Below are positions 28,384 to 32,000 of a DNA stretch of 32,000 nt, in pieces (positions within the stretch are counted from its first letter, which is position 1; each line of letters starts with the position of its first letter). A model generated the notes under the pieces. It did not search any database, had not been told where the DNA came from, and saw nothing but the letters and a program-made list of their open reading frames with translations. The position numbers were made by a program, and so were the translations under genes. Origin of the DNA: Fibrobacter succinogenes subsp. succinogenes S85 (GTDB lineage: Bacteria > Fibrobacterota > Fibrobacteria > Fibrobacterales > Fibrobacteraceae); the NCBI RefSeq assembly GCF_000146505.1, contig NC_017448.1, positions 570,001-602,000 on the forward strand. Reading direction: 5' to 3'.

Positions 28384-29154
28384 CTAGTTCCAGCCGGACC
28401 AGTCATTGGAACCGGAATTGGCCGTACTTGAACCCACATCGACTCCTGAAAGCGATGCATCGTTTGCAACCGTATTCGAAATTGACTGTGCGACAAGCTG
28501 GTTCTGCGTTACCATTGCAGCGCCGACAGATGCACTTTGGCTTGCCACCGTTGTCGCAGACACGCTGACCGTATGAATCATCTTCTTGAGCTGATCCACA
28601 TTGTGAACCGTGATGACCGATTCCGAACTGCCCGTAAATTCCCGGAGCACGTCATTATTGGCATCGTCACCGATGGCGATAGCCACCTTCACACCAGCCT
28701 TGAACCAGCGATTCCCCTTGAGCTTTTCCAGCTTACGGACATAGCCATCCGTCGGAGCGCCGTCCGAAAGGAGGACAATGGCAGGTGCGCGGCACCCCGT
28801 CTTTTCGCCCATAAAACCATTAGACCTGGAAAGTTTAGCGTCCAATTCTGCACAGGCGCTACCAAACGATGTCGTACCACTTGCGCTCAAATCCTGCCAC
28901 TGGAACTTTTCGGCTTCAAGCGGCTGTTCGTACATCCAATTGACAGCGCTACTGAACTCAAGCACGGCAATCTTGATTTGCGAATCGCCGCAATTCTTGG
29001 AGATGTCGCCCACATCGTCAAGAGCGTCACGAACCGCCGTATTGAGCGATGCAATCTTTGAACCGGACATACTGCCCGACGTATCCACCATAAAAATCAG
29101 ATGCGTGACACGACGCGGGATCGGTTCCAACGCAAACGGGTCTTTTGTAGCCAT
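28384..29154 (-). CDS. von Willebrand factor A (vWA) domain protein, TerY-like
   Basis: It has the MIDAS motif MVDTSGSMSG, then SGTTSFGSA and LLSDGAPTD. The C-terminal tail is S/N/T/V-rich and ends in NDWSGWN. The RBS AAGGAG lies 8 nt upstream of the ATG. Confidence 0.8.
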   Translation of the reverse strand: MATKDPFALEPIPRRVTHLIFMVDTSGSMSGSKIASLNTAVRDALDDVGDISKNCGDSQIKIAVLEFSSAVNWMYEQPLEAEKFQWQDLSASGTTSFGSACAELDAKLSRSNGFMGEKTGCRAPAIVLLSDGAPTDGYVRKLEKLKGNRWFKAGVKVAIAIGDDANNDVLREFTGSSESVITVHNVDQLKKMIHTVSVSATTVASQSASVGAAMVTQNQLVAQSISNTVANDASLSGVDVGSSTANSGSNDWSGWN

Positions 29155-29168
29155 ATTCTATTCTCCTT

Positions 29169-30455
29169 TTATTCAATAACGGCAGTTTCGCCTTGATTTC
29201 CAAACTTGATCTTGTAACCTTTGCGGGCAGGCATGCCCTGACCATCCGCAACGACTCGCTGAGTGCCGTCCAAACACGTCACCGTCCAGGATTCGCCAGA
29301 ATTATTGCAAAGCCCCACCTCATTGTTCTTGACGACGGTTCTGCCAACGACCTTGTCGTAATCGGTTGAGCAGTGGACTAGACATTCATGGAGCTTCTGC
29401 TCCATCATCAGCGGAATTTTAAACTTACCTACGCGCAACATTCTATAATCTCCAAATGACTTATCGCAGTAAGCACACTTTTTGTCAACACTATCCGGGT
29501 CCGCAAATGAAAATTTTCCGCATTTCGGGCATTTGACAAAATCCGCACGCACCTGCAGCAAAATATCGCGCCATTCCTTATCCTTCACGCGGAGGTCTCC
29601 GTTTTGCAGAGCCTCCTTACTGAACGTCTTGCAGAATGCATCGCGCAATACCTTCGGATAGATATCCCAACGGCGCATCACATTCTTATGCAGGCTCGGA
29701 TCCGGCGCATTGCTCTTGTCGTTTGGATCCATAATAAATACGGCGTTATACCCCAAAAGTTGCCTTGCCATTTCCGGGTCGTTATCACACGGGCAAGAGA
29801 GATAACGTCTGCCTTCAAACGGACGGTTCATATAAATCAAGATGAACAGACAAACCGCAAGCGAATGGTAATCCGTCACTTTGCGCGGCCTAGACTTTCC
29901 TTCGACAATTTCGGGTGCCATATACCCCGCCTTGCCAAGAATGCCAAGGTCGTCGGTACCATCGGGAGCCACGTTATCGTTATCGCAAATCAGCACGTCA
30001 CCCGTTTTAGGGTTAATAAAGAAGTTGCCATCGTTCATATCCTGGTAGCTATAACCGTCGCGATGCAGGTCCAAAAACGATTTCACAAGTTGCATACAGG
30101 CGTTCAGCTGGGCATTCACATCGGCAAAACGGGCAGTCACCAAGATGAACTTGCTCATGTCCACATAGCCTGCGGGGCGGATTTTCATCAAATAGCCAAA
30201 TCCACCATTGGGGTCTTCGGCAACAGCCATCGGCCAAATAAAATGTTCGTTCGGCGTCTGGCGATTCGCATTGCGCTTCAGATTTTCACGGAAACGCTCA
30301 CTCACCTTTTGCGTGTACCATTTTAACGCATACTCACTACCATTATAATTGACAGCGTAAACGATTCCCTGACCGCCACGACCCAATTCACGGACAACTT
30401 GACAAGTGTCACCGCCAGCGAGCGCGACCACATCCCCTTTTTTCAATTCGGACAT
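29169..30455 (-). CDS. Atypical Hanks-like protein kinase with a CxxC..CxxC zinc ribbon and a beta-rich C-terminal domain
   Basis: I trimmed the start to ATG 30455, 5 nt after GGGAGG (the ORF track starts at 30512). It has G-loop LGRGGQGIVY, a lysine in YALKWY, catalytic loop LHRDGYSYQDMNDGN (Asp and Asn retained; HRD becomes YQD), ICDND in place of DFG, GYMAPE, and CPKC...CAYC. Confidence 0.75.
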   Translation of the reverse strand: MSELKKGDVVALAGGDTCQVVRELGRGGQGIVYAVNYNGSEYALKWYTQKVSERFRENLKRNANRQTPNEHFIWPMAVAEDPNGGFGYLMKIRPAGYVDMSKFILVTARFADVNAQLNACMQLVKSFLDLHRDGYSYQDMNDGNFFINPKTGDVLICDNDNVAPDGTDDLGILGKAGYMAPEIVEGKSRPRKVTDYHSLAVCLFILIYMNRPFEGRRYLSCPCDNDPEMARQLLGYNAVFIMDPNDKSNAPDPSLHKNVMRRWDIYPKVLRDAFCKTFSKEALQNGDLRVKDKEWRDILLQVRADFVKCPKCGKFSFADPDSVDKKCAYCDKSFGDYRMLRVGKFKIPLMMEQKLHECLVHCSTDYDKVVGRTVVKNNEVGLCNNSGESWTVTCLDGTQRVVADGQGMPARKGYKIKFGNQGETAVIE

Positions 30456-30503
30456 AAAGCCTCCCAAAAATTTTTTCTTCATACTTATCGACTTGAGGGG
30501 GCT

Positions 30504-30552
30504 AAATGTCAAATTAATTTCAAGAAATAATGGAACCCGTCGCTACGCTTCA
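30504..30552 (-). promoter_or_regulatory. Repeat copy B / promoter module of the kinase operon
   Basis: It has the same blocks as 25038-25080, with a 6-nt insertion. The minus-strand TTGACA (reverse complement of 30507-30512) lies exactly 51 nt before the kinase ATG at 30455, and CGATA again sits at spacer positions 17-21. Confidence 0.55.
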
Positions 30553-30574
30553 GGATGACAAGCGTCAGGATGAC
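30550..30574. repeat. Two 10-bp direct repeats TCAGGATGAC (30550-30559 and 30565-30574)
   Basis: Read directly from the sequence. They lie in the divergent kinase/sigma intergenic region, immediately distal to repeat copy B. Confidence 0.7.
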
Positions 30575-30631
30575 GAGCAATGACATTATAATAGGGGGTT
30601 CTGAAAAAAAATTTTCGGCAGGACCTCCGAA

Positions 30632-30646
30632 TGTCATTATATGACA
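30632..30646. promoter_or_regulatory. Inverted repeat TGTCAT-TAT-ATGACA (candidate operator) upstream of the sigma-factor gene
   Basis: It has perfect 6-bp arms and lies about 58 nt upstream of ATG 30704. Related ATGACATTATAAT at 30580-30592 contains a perfect TATAAT (30587-30592). Confidence 0.4.
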
Positions 30647-30703
30647 GTGCAAAAAATTATTTTTGGGAACGCTTTCAAGTTCACCTCATCCAAGGAGTCG
30701 CCC

Positions 30704-31444
30704 ATGATGAACACCCACACCACCGCAAACGAAGTCATGAACCTCATTGACCTCGCCCAGCACACCAAAAATGGCAAGGAAGGTTCCGATGCCATCAACA
30801 AACTGTGGGACATCTTCGGCGACAAGGTCACCGGAATCACCATCAAGAAATCTTTTTCGCACGATTCCGACCATAGCATGCACGGCATGTCGGTCTACGA
30901 ACGCCGTAACCAGCTCCAGGAACAGGCGTTTGACACATTCCGCAACGCCGTCTTGACATACGATGCCAGCACGAACGTGCCATTCATGGCTTACGTTTCG
31001 AAGAAAATCAACTGGCAGCAGCTTGACTTCAAGCGCAAGAACGCAAAGCACACCCATAACGAAAAAGCCACCGACTTTTCCATCGAAGGCGGCTCTTCCA
31101 TCTCAATGGACGATCCAAAAAACGCAGAAATGCTGGAAACCATGAACCACATTGACTTGGAATCACCCATGGCAGGCCGTTTTGTCGAGGATTTTGAAAA
31201 GCAGTCATACCTCGATGACATGGTCCACGTTCTCTTCGGCAAGCTCCAGAACGAAAAGAAGCTTCTTGAATTCGCCACCACATACTATGAAGTATGCCAG
31301 GAAGAAGACAAGGACACCGATGCCGAAGTCGCCAAAAGGATGGGCTGCACCCGCTCTTACGCAAGCCAGCTCCACAAAAAGCTCATCGCATTCTTGAGCA
31401 ACACCGATTTCGCCGACGACTGCCGCATGGCTCTTGCCGCATAA
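30704..31444 (+). CDS. ECF-like sigma-70 family RNA polymerase sigma factor (orphan, no adjacent anti-sigma)
   Basis: I trimmed the start to ATG 30704, 6 nt after AAGGAG. Region-2-like PFMAYVSKKINWQQLDFKRKN resembles the FxxWLxxIxxNxxxDxxRK pattern. Region-4 HTH-like sequence is EVAKRMGCTRSYASQLHKKLIAFL. A long acidic linker joins them. Confidence 0.6.
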   Translation: MMNTHTTANEVMNLIDLAQHTKNGKEGSDAINKLWDIFGDKVTGITIKKSFSHDSDHSMHGMSVYERRNQLQEQAFDTFRNAVLTYDASTNVPFMAYVSKKINWQQLDFKRKNAKHTHNEKATDFSIEGGSSISMDDPKNAEMLETMNHIDLESPMAGRFVEDFEKQSYLDDMVHVLFGKLQNEKKLLEFATTYYEVCQEEDKDTDAEVAKRMGCTRSYASQLHKKLIAFLSNTDFADDCRMALAA

Positions 31445-31460
31445 AAAATTTGATAAGAGA

Positions 31461-31498
31461 GGCTTTTTATAGCGTTTCACTATAAAAAGTCCCTTTTC
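31461..31498 (+). terminator. Putative terminator after the sigma-factor gene
   Basis: GGCTTTTTATAG-CGTTTCA-CTATAAAAAGTCC forms an AT-rich 12-bp stem with one bulge, followed by CTTTT. Confidence 0.4.
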
Positions 31499-31542
31499 AG
31501 AGTAGGTTTATAGGATTTTTCATTTTTTTTTAGAACTCCCCC

Positions 31543-31571
31543 TTGCCATGTGCAATTTTGATTGATATTTT
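31543..31571 (+). promoter_or_regulatory. Sigma70-like promoter TTGCCA-17 nt-TATTTT for the trp leader
   Basis: The -35 is at 31543-31548 and the -10 at 31566-71. The predicted start site falls at or near the leader ATG (31578), which would explain the missing SD. Confidence 0.35.
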
Positions 31572-31577
31572 TGTGTC

Positions 31578-31634
31578 ATGATGAATTTCGTAACAAATGC
31601 AACTCTCAACCGTCGTTGGTGGCGCGGACTCTAA
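31578..31634 (+). CDS. trpL: trp operon leader peptide MMNFVTNATLNRRWWRGL (tandem Trp codons)
   Basis: An 18-codon ORF read by hand (too short for the ORF track). It has TGG TGG at 31617-31622, four codons before the TAA. It lies 154 nt upstream of trpE and is followed by alternative hairpins and a terminator. Confidence 0.65.
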   Translation: MMNFVTNATLNRRWWRGL

Positions 31635-31679
31635 CATAGAGCCCGGTATTTGTTACAAATCACCCAAGATTTTTAAGCA

Positions 31680-31712
31680 AAGGCTTCCGGACTCACGGAG
31701 GCCTTCCTTTTT
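31680..31712 (+). terminator. Attenuator terminator upstream of trpE
   Basis: AAGGCTTCCG-GACTCA-CGGAGGCCTT forms a 10-bp stem with one G-U pair, followed by CCTTTTT. It lies 76 nt before the trpE ATG. Confidence 0.65.
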
Positions 31713-31787
31713 ACCGAAAATTGACGAAATCCTCCGGGAAATAAAGCCTTTGCGAAAGCAAACGAGTTTTAAAACTAGAGGATTAAA

Positions 31788-32000
31788 ATGACTAAGATTA
31801 CTCACATCACCGAACGCCCGGGTTACGCTCCGCGTACCGACAGCATTTACGTCGCTCTCCCCGGTGAACGTTACACCCCGTTTTCACTCGCCAAGAAGCT
31901 CGGCGCAAAGGCCATCTTCGAATCGGCAAGCTTTGACCACGGTCGTAGCCGTTATTCGACCTTGATGGTGGACGAAGGTTTTCGCCTGCGCCAGAACGAC
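31788..32000 (+). CDS. trpE: Anthranilate synthase component I, N-terminal 71 codons (3' end lies outside the window)
   Basis: The hand translation is MTKITHITERPGYAPRTDSIYVALPGERYTPFSLAKKLGAKAIFESASFDHGRSRYSTLMVDEGFRLRQND. The pattern TPxSLxxKL...xxES...GRSRYS matches the TrpE N-terminus. The RBS AGAGGA lies 5 nt upstream. Confidence 0.75.
   Translation, partial: MTKITHITERPGYAPRTDSIYVALPGERYTPFSLAKKLGAKAIFESASFDHGRSRYSTLMVDEGFRLRQND

Noticed and set aside
28368-28496. N-terminal extensions given by the ORF track. Examples: 28496 for PP2C, 30512 for the kinase, 15944 for the membrane protein, 6156 for the lipoprotein, 30641 for sigma, 16202 for ligA, 12200 for the EAL gene.
   Set aside because: The extensions overlap neighbouring genes or promoters and lack an RBS. 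Internal starts have good SD spacing and give canonical N-termini or signal peptides.
31597-31791. The 64-aa ORF MQLSTVVGGADSN... upstream of trpE.
   Set aside because: It spans the attenuator hairpins and the terminator and overlaps the trpE start. The alternative frame gives an 18-codon Trp-Trp leader peptide, which explains the region far better.

Overview
This is a chromosomal segment that looks Fibrobacter-like: one CDS carries the 'Fibrobacter succinogenes major paralogous domain' signature GNQVWMAENLNY..YGRLYQW..CPEGFHVPSNKEWDEL. I support about 25 protein genes. Housekeeping and ordinary genes are an MMPL/RND transporter 3' end, a class I aminotransferase, yraN, a yfcE-like phosphoesterase, a Gate-domain membrane protein, mntP, ligA, a COG0523 metallochaperone GTPase, rmuC and the trpE 5' end. 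Signalling and accessory content is more unusual. (1) An FHA-domain ABC transporter is translationally coupled to a Hanks Ser/Thr kinase. (2) There is a 1267-aa TPR/transglutaminase-like lipoprotein. (3) There is a GGDEF(degenerate)-EAL protein. (4) An AT-richer block holds three Cys-rich lipoprotein/FISUMP ORFs, two of them separated by a single in-frame TGA. (5) The strongest candidate for an undescribed system is a tightly coupled minus-strand operon: atypical kinase, TerY-like vWA, PP2C phosphatase and a 770-aa membrane ankyrin-repeat protein. It is bracketed by ~45-bp direct repeats and faces a divergent orphan ECF-like sigma factor. Non-coding signals visible by eye are a Trp-Trp leader peptide with attenuator hairpins upstream of trpE, an orphan promoter plus ATG-free ~155-nt segment plus UUCG-tetraloop terminator (candidate sRNA or leader), and related heptanucleotide tandem repeats just 3' of two stop codons. 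I found no rRNA, tRNA, CRISPR array, transposase or integrase. All homology statements come from motif recognition by eye; no searches were run.
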